DNA of 64,000 bases from an uncultured Candidatus Binatia bacterium (GCA_965243855.1 CBDEWE010000002.1:31659-95658); one strand, 5' to 3'; shown: positions 38,964-48,986, numbered from the stretch's first letter. The notes: a model not told the origin generated them from the letters alone. A program made the numbers and translations.

Positions 38964-39989
38964 ATGACGCGCCGATCTGACCTGCTCATCGTTGGAGGAG
39001 GCCCTGCCGGCCTCGCAGCGGCGATCGTCGCTCGTAGCGAGGGGGCTGCTGTCCGAATTCTAATACCGGAGGAGTATCCCCGCGACCGGCCAGGCGAGAC
39101 CCTGCATCCTGGGATTGAGCCGCTTCTCGACCGTCTCGGCGTCGGCGACGCGATCCGCGCTGGTGCCTATAAGCGCTTTCCTGGTATTCGGGTTGCGACG
39201 CTGGCTGGTGAACGGTTTGAGCGCTATGGCGAGACGAATGGCGTACCTTGGCTTGGTTTTCAGATCCCAGGAAGGTCGTTCGACAACGCGTTGAGGGCGC
39301 GAGCGGAGGCGCTTGGTGTCGAAATCCACGCAGGCAGAGAAGCTCGGACCGTCGAGTTGGACGGTAAGCGTGTTGCCGCCATCGACGGCTATACGGTCCG
39401 ATTTGTTCTCGACTGTGCGGGCGGACGGCATTGGCTTGGTCGTCGGCTGGGAATCGGAATTGATCGGCTATCCACGCCGTTGGTGGCACACTACGGCTAT
39501 GTCGAGATGGACACGAGGGGCGAAGACATACGGCCGCTGTTCGCGTTTGACGAGACCGGCTGGCTTTGGACCGCTCGAATCTCGGACACTCTCATGCATT
39601 GGACACGGCTGAACCTCATCGGCGACCTGCCGGAACGGGAATGGGTGCCGGAACAATGGGCCAACCACACCGGTGCCACGCGCCCGCGCCGTGCGAACGT
39701 GACATGGCGGCGGTGCCAGAGGGTGGCGGGGGACGGCTATTTTATTTGCGGAGACGCAGCCTCGGTTGTCGATCCCGCCTCCTCGCACGGCGTGCTGAAC
39801 GCCATTATGTCTGGCATGCTCGCCGGCCAATACGCTGCCCAGGCCAGCCGCGATCCGCGGCTCTCTGAGACAGCACGGCGCGCTTACGAGGCGTGGATGT
39901 TCAGCCGGATGAACGCCGACTTCAGCGAACTCGCCAAACGCTACGCCGCGCTCCCTTGCCTGCCAGATTGGGCGGCGATGCGGGCATAA
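38964..39989 (+). CDS. LodB/GoxB-like FAD-dependent oxidoreductase
   Basis: GGGPAG, RPGETLHPGIEPLL..LG, DCAGG, GDAASVVDPASSHGV. Confidence 0.8.
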   Translation: MTRRSDLLIVGGGPAGLAAAIVARSEGAAVRILIPEEYPRDRPGETLHPGIEPLLDRLGVGDAIRAGAYKRFPGIRVATLAGERFERYGETNGVPWLGFQIPGRSFDNALRARAEALGVEIHAGREARTVELDGKRVAAIDGYTVRFVLDCAGGRHWLGRRLGIGIDRLSTPLVAHYGYVEMDTRGEDIRPLFAFDETGWLWTARISDTLMHWTRLNLIGDLPEREWVPEQWANHTGATRPRRANVTWRRCQRVAGDGYFICGDAASVVDPASSHGVLNAIMSGMLAGQYAAQASRDPRLSETARRAYEAWMFSRMNADFSELAKRYAALPCLPDWAAMRA

Positions 39990-40428
39990 TAGGAGATACC
40001 TCGGCGGCCGGATGTTCGGTGGTGAGAACCAGTGCCGTCTGCAACCCGGTCAATGCGCACGGCAATCCGCGCCTGGACCTGACGGTCCCGCAGTGCTCGC
40101 AGCCAGCGGCGGAAGTCTCGCTCACGATGACCGTGTGTGGCATATTGAGAACCTATCCAATTGACTACAAATTGCCAAGTATGAATGCAGCGGCCCGGCG
40201 CGGCCGTGTCGGATCAAGCGAGGTGCTTGTTCCCCCGACATAAGCGCGGTGAGAGGCGTCGAGGGCCAAGGCGGACCCGGCCGGGGTTGGCCAAATGCTT
40301 GGAGACGGTGCAGGCGTGGGGCGAAATTGCGGAGAGTTGTGGCCGCCTCCTCTGTGACGACATGGTGCACAGCGCCCACAATGGCGACAGCCTTCTGCCC
40401 GTACAAAAGCGAGAAGGGCCGACGACCT

Positions 40429-40560
40429 TCACAACAGCTTGATGAGGGCCACAATCAATCCACCCTGAGCAATCAGTGTGCCGAACATCCATTTCAACAG
40501 TTCGACTTTGAGGTGTGACAAGCCGAGTTCGAGGTCCGCTTTTGTCTCCAGATTACTATC
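40429..40560 (-). pseudogene. C-terminal remnant of a DUF1640/CCDC90-like coiled-coil protein
   Basis: TKADLE...LKVELLKWMFG..IAQGGLIVALIKLL with no credible start. Confidence 0.5.
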
Positions 40561-40602
40561 GAGCAGATTGACCTGCTTCAGGTGGATGCAGAGGAAGCTA
40601 TC

Positions 40603-40631
40603 TTGATTGCAACGCAATCACCATATAGGTT
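40603..40631 (+). promoter_or_regulatory. fitAB-type promoter and operator
   Basis: TTGATT-17-TAGGTT overlapped by the palindrome TGATTGC-AAC-GCAATCA. Confidence 0.55.
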
Positions 40632-40633
40632 CG

Positions 40634-40894
40634 ATGCAAGGAGATGCCACGCTGGCCAGTATCACCATCCGCAATCTCGATGACGATGTGAAGTCCAGGC
40701 TGCGCCTCCGTGCGGCGGGCAACGGCCGTTCCATGGAAGAGGAGGCACGCGTGATCCTACGGGATGCGGTCGGACGCAGGCCGAGTTCCCAGAACCTCGC
40801 CGCCATCATCCGCACACACTTCGGGCCTGCCAAAGGGGTAGACCTGGAGTTGTCCCCGCGCGATGCAGGCCGCGAGCCGCCCTCCTTCGCCTGA
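40634..40894 (+). CDS. FitA-like ribbon-helix-helix antitoxin
   Basis: ASITIRNLDDDVK.RLR.RAA.NGRSMEEEAR.IL; exact start uncertain (ATG 40634 or CTG 40652). Confidence 0.85.
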   Translation: MQGDATLASITIRNLDDDVKSRLRLRAAGNGRSMEEEARVILRDAVGRRPSSQNLAAIIRTHFGPAKGVDLELSPRDAGREPPSFA

Positions 40895-40904
40895 GGGAAC
40901 GGCC

Positions 40905-41018
40905 ATGTTTCTCCTGTATACCAATGTCGTATCCGAGTTGATGCGCCCGTCTCCGGCTCCCGCGGTCGAGGCGTGGGTTGCCAGCCACCCCGTCAAGAAC
41001 CTGTTCTTCTCGGCGGCC
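40905..41018 (+). pseudogene. Truncated PIN/VapC (FitB-like) toxin with a catalytic D-to-Y change
   Basis: MFLLYTNVVSELMRPSP..V.AW (expected LLDTN); homology stops after LFFSA where it meets 41038..41406. Confidence 0.8.
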
Positions 41019-41037
41019 TGCTCCTGGGCCGTGAGGC

Positions 41038-41406
41038 TCAACCCGCAATCTTCTGGCGGATGGTCTGCACTTCCTCGGCCGAGACACGCCGCCACGCCGG
41101 ACGACGGAAGGTCCGACCGGCGCGGTGGGTGAACACGACCATGTCCCACGTCTCGGGGAGGGGCTTTTGCCCACGGCCCGCCGAACGCTCCGGGTAGTGC
41201 TCGACCCATATCAGCCCCTCGGGGTCAATGGTCAGGTCTTCCTGGCATAGGCGCGTCGCAATAATCTCGGCCGCGTTCGTCACGCTGGTGCCGGGGTTGT
41301 TCTCCAGCTCGGTACAGATGACCAGCGTCGTCCGCCCCGCACTGCGGACGATCTCCAGGTCACATTTCGAGTCGCAGTTCCGAAAGCCGGGGTATTCGTA
41401 CAGCAT
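41038..41406 (-). CDS. Conserved hypothetical protein of mobile elements
   Basis: TEL.NNPGTSVTNAAE..AT...LIWVEHY; RBS AGGAGG. Confidence 0.75.
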   Translation of the reverse strand: MLYEYPGFRNCDSKCDLEIVRSAGRTTLVICTELENNPGTSVTNAAEIIATRLCQEDLTIDPEGLIWVEHYPERSAGRGQKPLPETWDMVVFTHRAGRTFRRPAWRRVSAEEVQTIRQKIAG

Positions 41407-41477
41407 AGGATCGCCTCCTAATCGAGCAGCCCCGTATGCGGGGCCGGTGGGGAGAGGGCTTCGCCACCCAGGACGAC

Positions 41478-41786
41478 TTATCGTTCCTCTTTACACCATG
41501 CCACCATTGCCGGATTCTCGGCGTACAAACGCCGAGCGAGGCTTTGTGGCAAGCCGAGCGTGCCGCCGTTGTTGATGTCGTAGCCGGGCCACTCACGGCT
41601 TGGACGCCAGTCGTCTTGCCCGGCCGGACTCCACTGGTAATTCAGGTATCGCTCTGTCCGGCTGGCAATCATATTGATGGTTTCGATTCGTACCAGCCGC
41701 CAGTCATGTTTCCCAATGCGAACGGGAGCGGAAACCCACGGTAGCGTGGGAGATTGCTGAGGGGCGAACATGGCCATCTGTTCCAT
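41478..41786 (-). CDS. Hypothetical protein
   Basis: RBS GGAGGA; downstream of ardC. Confidence 0.6.
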   Translation of the reverse strand: MEQMAMFAPQQSPTLPWVSAPVRIGKHDWRLVRIETINMIASRTERYLNYQWSPAGQDDWRPSREWPGYDINNGGTLGLPQSLARRLYAENPAMVAWCKEER

Positions 41787-41833
41787 TGTTGTGTCCTCCT
41801 GTTCAGTGGCTCCGCTCACGGCGGGACCGGGTC

Positions 41834-42712
41834 TTAGTCCTCGGCCTCGCCGTCGTCCCCGAGAATACAGTCTGCCGCCCGCTGGGCCTGGGCCGCTGCG
41901 TGCACCAGCAGCTTGGTGTCGTCCTGGAGTTTCCGCAGCCACCCCTGGATGTAGCTGGCCGAGTCGTCGCAGGTCCGATTCTCGATCCCCGCCACACCGC
42001 ACAGGAAGGCCGCCCCCATCTCTGCGCACAACTCCTCTTTGCTGTAATTGGTATCCCCAAAGGCCACCATATCAACCAGGGTCGGCCGATTCAGCCGGCT
42101 TGGGTGGCCGGTGGCATGGGTCAGTTCGTGAAAGAGGGTGGAATAGTATAGTTCGGGAGCGGCAAACCGCCCCGGCTCCGGCATGGTCACGCGGTCCGCG
42201 CTGGGCCGGTAGAAAGCCCTCACACCGGCGTGGACGATCTCCGGTCGGTTCGGCATGTGCTCAACGGTCCGCTCGCAGGACAGGATTTTTTGCGCCGCGT
42301 CCATCTCGGGGGCCTGAATCTCCGCCCGCTTCCGCCACGCCTCGGGCAACTCGCATTGGGTCGCGTTGAACACGGTAAAGGACCGCGCCACGGCGAAGCG
42401 CTCGGGCTTGGCATCGTCCGCTGCGTCCGCCTCGGGTCGCTTCTCCACCCATTTCCAGAACACGACCTCAACCCCGCGCTCGCCCTTCTTGACGTGGCCG
42501 CCGATCTTCTGCGCCTGGCGGTAGGTCAGCCAAAACGGGGAGCCCCCGGCCGCCATCAACACCCACACATTCACCCCCCGGTACACGTTGCCGCTGACAA
42601 GGTTCCGGGGCTGCCCCTGGCGTCCATTCCAGGGCTTCTGCCACGGCACAACCCCCTGCGCTAAGGCATCCATAATGCGTGTGGTCACACTTGCGTAAAC
42701 GTCCCTGCTCAT
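41834..42712 (-). CDS. ardC: ArdC anti-restriction protein (ssDNA-binding plus zincin-like domain)
   Basis: VVPWQKPW, YRGVN, HELTHATGH..RLNR, YSKEELCAE. Confidence 0.95.
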   Translation of the reverse strand: MSRDVYASVTTRIMDALAQGVVPWQKPWNGRQGQPRNLVSGNVYRGVNVWVLMAAGGSPFWLTYRQAQKIGGHVKKGERGVEVVFWKWVEKRPEADAADDAKPERFAVARSFTVFNATQCELPEAWRKRAEIQAPEMDAAQKILSCERTVEHMPNRPEIVHAGVRAFYRPSADRVTMPEPGRFAAPELYYSTLFHELTHATGHPSRLNRPTLVDMVAFGDTNYSKEELCAEMGAAFLCGVAGIENRTCDDSASYIQGWLRKLQDDTKLLVHAAAQAQRAADCILGDDGEAED

Positions 42713-42739
42713 AGCACCCTCCTCTGTAAAGTAAAAAAG

Positions 42740-43480
42740 AAAGAAGATTTTTCCCGGCTCTCACCCACCTCTGTGGCCGGGAAAAATCGGACCGGCCAGG
42801 GTGCTTGCGCCTCCCACACCTGGAAGCCGACCGGCAGCGCAACGCGTGACAGGCTCTGCCTGGCGCACGTTGCCAGGGAGGCGTTGCCTTCGTCCGAGCG
42901 GGCGCTTGGCTTTGCGGCCGTGACAGGCTCTGCCTGGCGCGGGTGCTCAGGCGACCGCCTTCCAGCTTTGCCGGGACGGTCCGCGTTCAGCGGCCGGTCT
43001 GGCTAAGCCTTGCCCCTACCGGCGAGCTGGGACGGCGGAGGCCGGTCCTGCTCGTCGGCTCCCGCCCCGACCGGCTGGGGGCCGACCTGCTCCGGGTCCG
43101 GAAGCGGACCGGGAGCGGGGGAGAGGGAGGGAGCGATAGAGGATGTGCGAATGGGTGGGGTGTGAATGGGCGGCCCAGAGCCACAATCCTGGGCCGCGGC
43201 CGGAACGTAGGGAAGGAGGGGGGGATCGGCGCAGCACTGCCGCGCCAAAGCGCTGCGGTGCTGCGCCTCGGGGGGCCAGCGAACTGGGCCGGCCCATGTC
43301 CGGGCCTGTTCGCTGGCCTGCCTTTCGCGGCCGATGTCGCAAAAAACGGCATCAGGCACGCCTGTAAGTGCCTATTCTTTGGTGAGGGTCTTGGTATGAG
43401 CCGAACCGATTACGGGCCACCACGGCCCCGTATGGAAGTCGGTTTTTGCGGGCGAAGGCCAAAAACGGCGGTTTTGGCCT
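42740..43480. repeat. Leading-region intergenic repeat, copy B
   Basis: 13-bp stem 42746-42758/42776-42788 with 17-nt TCTCACCC loop; shared blocks. Confidence 0.85.
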
Positions 43481-43575
43481 GGTTTCTCGGTTTGGGAGGG
43501 TAGGGAAGGCGGGACGCGACAGCAAGAGTCACCGACCGGCAACGCGCCCCACCGGCGGGATGGCGGAGCACTCGC

Positions 43576-43938
43576 TCAGGGCGGCCAAGCGCGGGCCTGG
43601 CCGCCTGGGACAGGTTTATCGTTGCGGTTGCTTGTCACCCAGCCGTCCGCGACGTGGAACAGGTACATGGTGAGCGCATAGCGGATGCCGCGGGACAAGT
43701 GGATTCCGTCGTCCTCCTCCATGGCCTCCCGTGCGTCATAATCGGTTGTGTCTAGCTCGGTGAGGTTATCGGCGAAAATCCGAACCAACTCGACGTCCTC
43801 CTCGGGGACACAGTCGCGCGCGATGGCGTAGATCGAACCGCACCGTTCTTCAAGGGCCTGCCTCTCAATCTGCGTCGCCTGCTCCTGCACCCGCCGCAGG
43901 CATCTGGTTTCCAAGGCTTTGAGATCAACATTGCTCAT
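43576..43938 (-). CDS. Hypothetical acidic protein
   Basis: RBS GAGGAGG; 120 aa; downstream of ssb. Confidence 0.7.
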   Translation of the reverse strand: MSNVDLKALETRCLRRVQEQATQIERQALEERCGSIYAIARDCVPEEDVELVRIFADNLTELDTTDYDAREAMEEDDGIHLSRGIRYALTMYLFHVADGWVTSNRNDKPVPGGQARAWPP

Positions 43939-44020
43939 ACCGTCCTCCTCTGACTATGCGGCCAGGCTCACGACCTAGCCGCTGCCTGGGACGGCAGGGC
44001 CAGCGCCCTGCCGATTGATT

Positions 44021-44404
44021 CTAGGAGTCCGGGTCGGCGGCCGGTGTGCCGTCGCCGGCGTCCGCACCGTTCTCCTTCCGACCCCCGAGAAACTGCACCT
44101 GCTGGGCAATAATCTCGGTCACGGACCGTTTGTTGCCGTCTCGATCCTCATAGCTCCGCGTCTGGAGCCGACCTTCCACCATGACTTGGCGACCCTTGGT
44201 GAGATACTGTCCGCAGGTCTCGGCCAGCTTCCCCCACACCACCACCTGATGCCATTCGGTCCGCTCTTGGCGGTCTTCTCCCTCACCCCACGCGTCCGTC
44301 GTCGCCACCGAAAAGTTGGCCACCGCCCGTCCGCTCTGTGTCTGGCGAACCTCCGGCTCGTTGCCCACATTCCCGAGAATCATCACTTTATTCAGCGCTG
44401 CCAT
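44021..44404 (-). CDS. ssb: Single-stranded DNA-binding protein
   Basis: NKVMILGNVG..PEVR.T.SG..VANFSVAT, TEWH.VVVW, VEGRLQTRSYED. Confidence 0.97.
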   Translation of the reverse strand: MAALNKVMILGNVGNEPEVRQTQSGRAVANFSVATTDAWGEGEDRQERTEWHQVVVWGKLAETCGQYLTKGRQVMVEGRLQTRSYEDRDGNKRSVTEIIAQQVQFLGGRKENGADAGDGTPAADPDS

Positions 44405-44509
44405 GTCGTACCTCCTCTGTTGGGGGGCTTACGCCCGTTGATGAGACAAACCCAAGGACCATGATTCGATAATACTTCTGCTGTCTTGCACCTCCTTTCC
44501 CTAGCAAAA

Positions 44510-44665
44510 ACACAAGATTTTTTCCCGACTCTCACCCATCTCTGGAGTCGGGAAAAAATCGAACGCATCCGAACGGCGCGTGCGCCGCCTGTATCTGGAA
44601 GCCGACCGACAGCGCAACGCGTGACAGGCTCTGCCTGGCGCGGGTTGCCAGGGAGGCGTATATGG
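44510..44665. repeat. Leading-region intergenic repeat, copy C (short)
   Basis: 14-bp stem 44516-44529/44547-44560 with 17-nt TCTCACCC loop, plus the ctggaagccgacc...gtgacaggctctgcctggcgc block. Confidence 0.85.
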
Positions 44666-45241
44666 CTTTGAACAGGCCAGCCCAACGGGCGGATGGTTCT
44701 AAGCCTCAGATGGCCGGTCGAGCGGGACCGGTGGAAGCCGGACCTGGTCGGACAGCCCCTTGCCGCGCCGGACGCCGCTAGAGCGACGTCGGGCGCGGCC
44801 TCAGTACTTGATTTGTGACGAAGGGCTGAGGGGGGAATGGATAAAGCGGCCTGTCTGGGCAAAAGACGGCTGTCGAATCTCGTCGGCGGATCGGGTTAGG
44901 TAGGCTATCGGAGTGGGGGCGCGCGGTGTGCGCGGCACGGGCCCCGACAAGGCCCTACAATACTCCGGGGGCGGAGCCGATGGGAGCTGGACCTGGTCGG
45001 ACGACACCGCCGTAATCAGATCCACTCTGTACCTTGCATTGTGTCCAAGTCCGTTGAGTTGGGCGTGGCTGCCCAGTCGTCCTTCACACGATTTACTCCC
45101 AACCGCTCCCCCACCGTCTTGCACCGAACTGAGCAATGTGTCATTGATTAGTTACTCCGTTGCGTCCCACTATATGATACGGGCCGTAGCGGCATAAGAA
45201 GGGCTCCTGCGGGAGCCCTTGCTATTTTGAGTGGAACAGCC

Positions 45242-46090
45242 ATGGATCGTGTAGCGATTTTTGTTGACGCAGGATATCTCTTCGCTCAAGGCAGCACAGC
45301 TCTGGTGGGCAGCAAAAAATCAAGGGCTGAGCTTGTTCTTGATCCGCCGAAGGTCATAGCTGAACTGAGATCACTGGCGCTTTCTCAAGCGCCAGGATGC
45401 AGACTCTTACGTATTTACTGGTATGACGGTGCTATCGGTGGGGCACGACCCACGACGGACCAAGCCTCGCTCGCGAATTTGGATGACGTTAAACTTCGTC
45501 TCGGGTTTGTGAATAACGTGGGAGAGCAGAAAGGCGTCGATTCTCTTATCGTGACAGACCTCATCGAACTAGCACGGCTCAACGCGATAGCTGAGGCCGT
45601 TCTGTTATCTGGTGATGAAGACGTACGAGTGGGGGTGCAGATCGCCCAAAATTATGGGGTCCGTATACACCTCCTCGGAATCGTCCCAAGCCGGGGCTCT
45701 CAATCGCATCAGCTGCTTCAAGAAGCCGACACCTCTACCGAATGGAGCGCTGAAACCATCGCATCGTTTTTGTCTCTTCGCACAATCAGCCCCAATTCCC
45801 TCGAAGCTCCGTCACGACCTCCAACGGTTGCGACGCCGGTCTCGCCATCCGAAGACACACGCCCTCTGGAAACGATAGAACAGTCGGTCCAGACTTTTAT
45901 CGATGCCTTATCCGATGCCGATATTCGCGGTATTCTGGCCTACTGGGAAACAGAGCGCGGGATTCCGGCAGAGTTTGATAGAAGGCTGCTCCCGAGCTGC
46001 AGGGCTGCGCTCGAACGCGATCTGGAGCCCAACGAAATCCGGCATATGCGTCGCTGTTTTCAGCGGCTCGTGAGAGATCGTTCGGCATAG
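45242..46090 (+). CDS. NYN (LabA/DUF88, PIN-like) domain protein
   Basis: FVDAGYL, IYWYDG, QKGVDS, LLSGDED, ADT. Confidence 0.92.
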   Translation: MDRVAIFVDAGYLFAQGSTALVGSKKSRAELVLDPPKVIAELRSLALSQAPGCRLLRIYWYDGAIGGARPTTDQASLANLDDVKLRLGFVNNVGEQKGVDSLIVTDLIELARLNAIAEAVLLSGDEDVRVGVQIAQNYGVRIHLLGIVPSRGSQSHQLLQEADTSTEWSAETIASFLSLRTISPNSLEAPSRPPTVATPVSPSEDTRPLETIEQSVQTFIDALSDADIRGILAYWETERGIPAEFDRRLLPSCRAALERDLEPNEIRHMRRCFQRLVRDRSA

Positions 46091-46369
46091 ATAATCATCT
46101 CATCGCTCTGGTTGCTCCTGACCGAAAAGATATCAAGCGGGAGTTGCATTCACGCCGATCCGGTATCAGTACTTGGTTTTGGGTGAGTGCTGGGTATGAG
46201 GAGAGCTGAGATCGGCCCAGATGGGCACAAGACAGCGGGTTGGCTGGATTGGTTGGGATCTCGGGATGGAGAGACGTGGCGCGAGCTGGCATCGTTCGGG
46301 CTTAGCTTGAAATGGGAATCGATACGAGAAAGACGCCGGCCGTTGACTCAAACTGATCACCGCGACTCA

Positions 46370-47827
46370 TCATCTAACGCTCGCGTCGCTTCGTTCCGAC
46401 TGGTGATCCTCCCCCCTGGAATACCCAGCAAGCGCGTCGGCGCGCTCTTTCAGGTACTCTGAATACCGCAACTGATTGGCCAAGTCATCGCCCTCAAGAC
46501 CACTAAGGAGGAGATTTTTGAGGTCTCGCTGTGCTACTGGAATTGAGCGCCAGGGCACAATGGCGTCGAGAGGAGCCATGAGGCGTTTGCGCATCCCTTC
46601 GTCGGCGGTGCGCCGATGCTCTGTCGTAAGCAGGTCAGGCCGCTCAAGATAAATGAGTCGTAGCGCCAGGCGACGGTATCTCGTGTCACTGAGTTGCAGG
46701 GCCAGTCCTCGCCGTTTCTCCCAAGGGGCTGTTTGAAAGCGTTGCATGAGGACTTCATCTTGCTGCGGCGGGAATTCATGCCCGTAGAGTTGCTCCTCGA
46801 CGTGCGGTGACGGCGGATAAATTGGCTCTGCAGCCTGCACCGCTTTTCGAAGCCGTTCCAAGAAAGGCTTATCCTCTCGGAGTTGCACGACTTGATCCAA
46901 GACCTCGTCTTCGTTCTCGAAAGGGGCAAGATGTTCTTGAGTCGCCTCATAGAGGGCCCATAAGGTCGGCGCTGCGTTCGTGCGGATTGTCACGATCGGT
47001 CGCGTTCTACTCTTGCAGAGAGAGATCAGTGCCTCGTCCGACATCCCTCGAAGCGTGTCAAGGTCGGCGCTTACATCAAGGCAATAATGCCGTATCGCCA
47101 GTTCACTATGTTTGCCGATTAAGGTCACAACGCGGGCGCGATAATTATTGCCGATAGTCTCCGATACCAAAAATGCGTCTTCCTCGGTGATGAAAGATTC
47201 AACACTTGCCTTCTGGCTGAATCTCAGAAATTGCGACCAGATCTCAGGCGCGCGATTCCTGATAGTCTGGCAGAGTGCGTGTGTAGTCGAGACATCGGCC
47301 ATGGCGTCGTGTGACAGCGGCGCAGCAATACCGTTCGCTTCGGCGAGCGCCTTGAGTTTGAAGATGGTGCGACCATTCTCGTCGGTCGCTGGCTTTATCA
47401 CGTCTGGCCGAATGGCTGCCGTAAGGCGACACAGATTTAGAACGTCAGCTCGCGCATTTCCCTGCGTGTTCGTCAGAAATGGGCGGTAAAGACACTGGTA
47501 GAATGCCCGGCGTAAGAATTCTTCATCGAACGATAAGGAGTTAAAGCCGAGAAACAGGGTAGGGGACCAGGACTCTAGGATGTGGCGAACCTTTGCGACC
47601 ATCGCGTAATGCGAGGGCAAAGAGGTATCGAGGAGTTGCTCTATGCGAAGCCCTGTCACATGCATCGCCTCCGGCGAAGGGATGACATGAGGCATCAGGC
47701 GGCAGCGGATCTGAAATTTCTCTGTGATGTTCAGTTCCGGGTCCGTGCGGACAGCCGCGAACTGAACGATCTGATCAAAACTCTTCGTTAGTCCTGTGGT
47801 CTCGACGTCGTAGATGACAAAACTCAA
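46370..47827 (-). CDS. Exonuclease I (SbcB)-like DEDDh 3'-5' exonuclease
   Basis: YDVETTG, GFNSLSFDEEFLR, HDAMADV; TTG start overlaps the ImmA stop. Confidence 0.9.
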   Translation of the reverse strand: MSFVIYDVETTGLTKSFDQIVQFAAVRTDPELNITEKFQIRCRLMPHVIPSPEAMHVTGLRIEQLLDTSLPSHYAMVAKVRHILESWSPTLFLGFNSLSFDEEFLRRAFYQCLYRPFLTNTQGNARADVLNLCRLTAAIRPDVIKPATDENGRTIFKLKALAEANGIAAPLSHDAMADVSTTHALCQTIRNRAPEIWSQFLRFSQKASVESFITEEDAFLVSETIGNNYRARVVTLIGKHSELAIRHYCLDVSADLDTLRGMSDEALISLCKSRTRPIVTIRTNAAPTLWALYEATQEHLAPFENEDEVLDQVVQLREDKPFLERLRKAVQAAEPIYPPSPHVEEQLYGHEFPPQQDEVLMQRFQTAPWEKRRGLALQLSDTRYRRLALRLIYLERPDLLTTEHRRTADEGMRKRLMAPLDAIVPWRSIPVAQRDLKNLLLSGLEGDDLANQLRYSEYLKERADALAGYSRGEDHQSERSDASVR

Positions 47828-48354
47828 TCCGACTCTCCAAGTGAGCTCAATCGATAGCGCATGGCGGCATCGCTCACCCTAAAGCGCTTGGCAAGCGCGG
47901 CCACAGCCTTATCGTCCTCAAGGTCAACGGAACGACCTTCAAGGGCTGATATCAGGAGCTCGGTCGGCATGAGCAATTCGGCCGCGAAAGTGTTCGCTTC
48001 GATTTCAATGGGATCCACGCCCGTAGCAGCGAGCGCGTCGCGCCGTAGCGAACCGCGATCAACATGTACAGCGCCCTCAAGCTCGCTGCGGTGGAGCTGA
48101 ACGTGCGCCAGTTCATGGGCGAGCGTGAAGCGCTGTCGAGTGGGCGCGTGCAGCGTGTTGATGCCCACAATCGGCACGTCGTCCCGAATATGGGCGAGTC
48201 CAGAGAGTTCACTGTCGAGCGGAGCATACTCCACGCGGATGCCACAGGATTTGACAATGCGCTCGATAGGAACCGGCGCGGCCTTAACGCCGTGCTGGCT
48301 GAGCAGCGTCTGCGCTGCTCTTTGAGCTCCTTGCTTTTGGGCGTGTCGACTCAT
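47824..48354 (-). CDS. ImmA/IrrE-family metallopeptidase
   Basis: RQRFTLAHELAH, E.EANTFAAELLMP. Confidence 0.93.
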   Translation of the reverse strand: MSRHAQKQGAQRAAQTLLSQHGVKAAPVPIERIVKSCGIRVEYAPLDSELSGLAHIRDDVPIVGINTLHAPTRQRFTLAHELAHVQLHRSELEGAVHVDRGSLRRDALAATGVDPIEIEANTFAAELLMPTELLISALEGRSVDLEDDKAVAALAKRFRVSDAAMRYRLSSLGESD

Positions 48355-48367
48355 GATGAACCCCTTT

Positions 48368-48700
48368 TCAGACGATCTTCCCGAGGGCCGAGGCAACCAC
48401 ACTTTTGACCGCCGATTGCTGCTGCGTGCTTAAGCTCGGATCGCTGACTTTGATCCCAGGTAGAGGCTCTGGAGGCACCCAGGTTTTAGGCATGAGGTCC
48501 AGAATCGATTTGAGCTTGAGCGCATTCACGAGCGCGAAGAGCTGATGCACCATGATGCGCTGACGGCCGTTTTCGAGGTTAGCGAGTGAGGCTCTGGAAA
48601 GCCCCAGCTTTTCCGCGATGTCGCTTTGCGTAAGGCCAAGCTCTCGGCGGCGCTTCGCAACCGCCTGACCGAGGCGACGATAGAGTTCCATATCCGACAT
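48368..48700 (-). CDS. XRE-family HTH regulator
   Basis: RRRELGLTQSDIAEKLGLSRASLANLENGRQ. Confidence 0.95.
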   Translation of the reverse strand: MSDMELYRRLGQAVAKRRRELGLTQSDIAEKLGLSRASLANLENGRQRIMVHQLFALVNALKLKSILDLMPKTWVPPEPLPGIKVSDPSLSTQQQSAVKSVVASALGKIV

Positions 48701-48986
48701 TACCGCACCATACCTGACACTACTATAAACTGCTCCTTTCTTTAATGTGCGTCAAGCTGACGCCATGTACTCTGTCCTCACTCCTAGGGCCGTGCCTGCG
48801 GCTGGCCTGGGGCCGATCTGGTCCGACATCGCGGTTGGTCCGTCTCGATGCGCGCAATGCCAACGCCAGCCCGCCACACCTCCAGACCGAAGAATCTATC
48901 GCGAGATTCCAACCAAAACCATCAGTTGTCACATCGTTTATAAATGTGTATACTACAAACATAAAAAATATATTTAGTGTTTTGTA

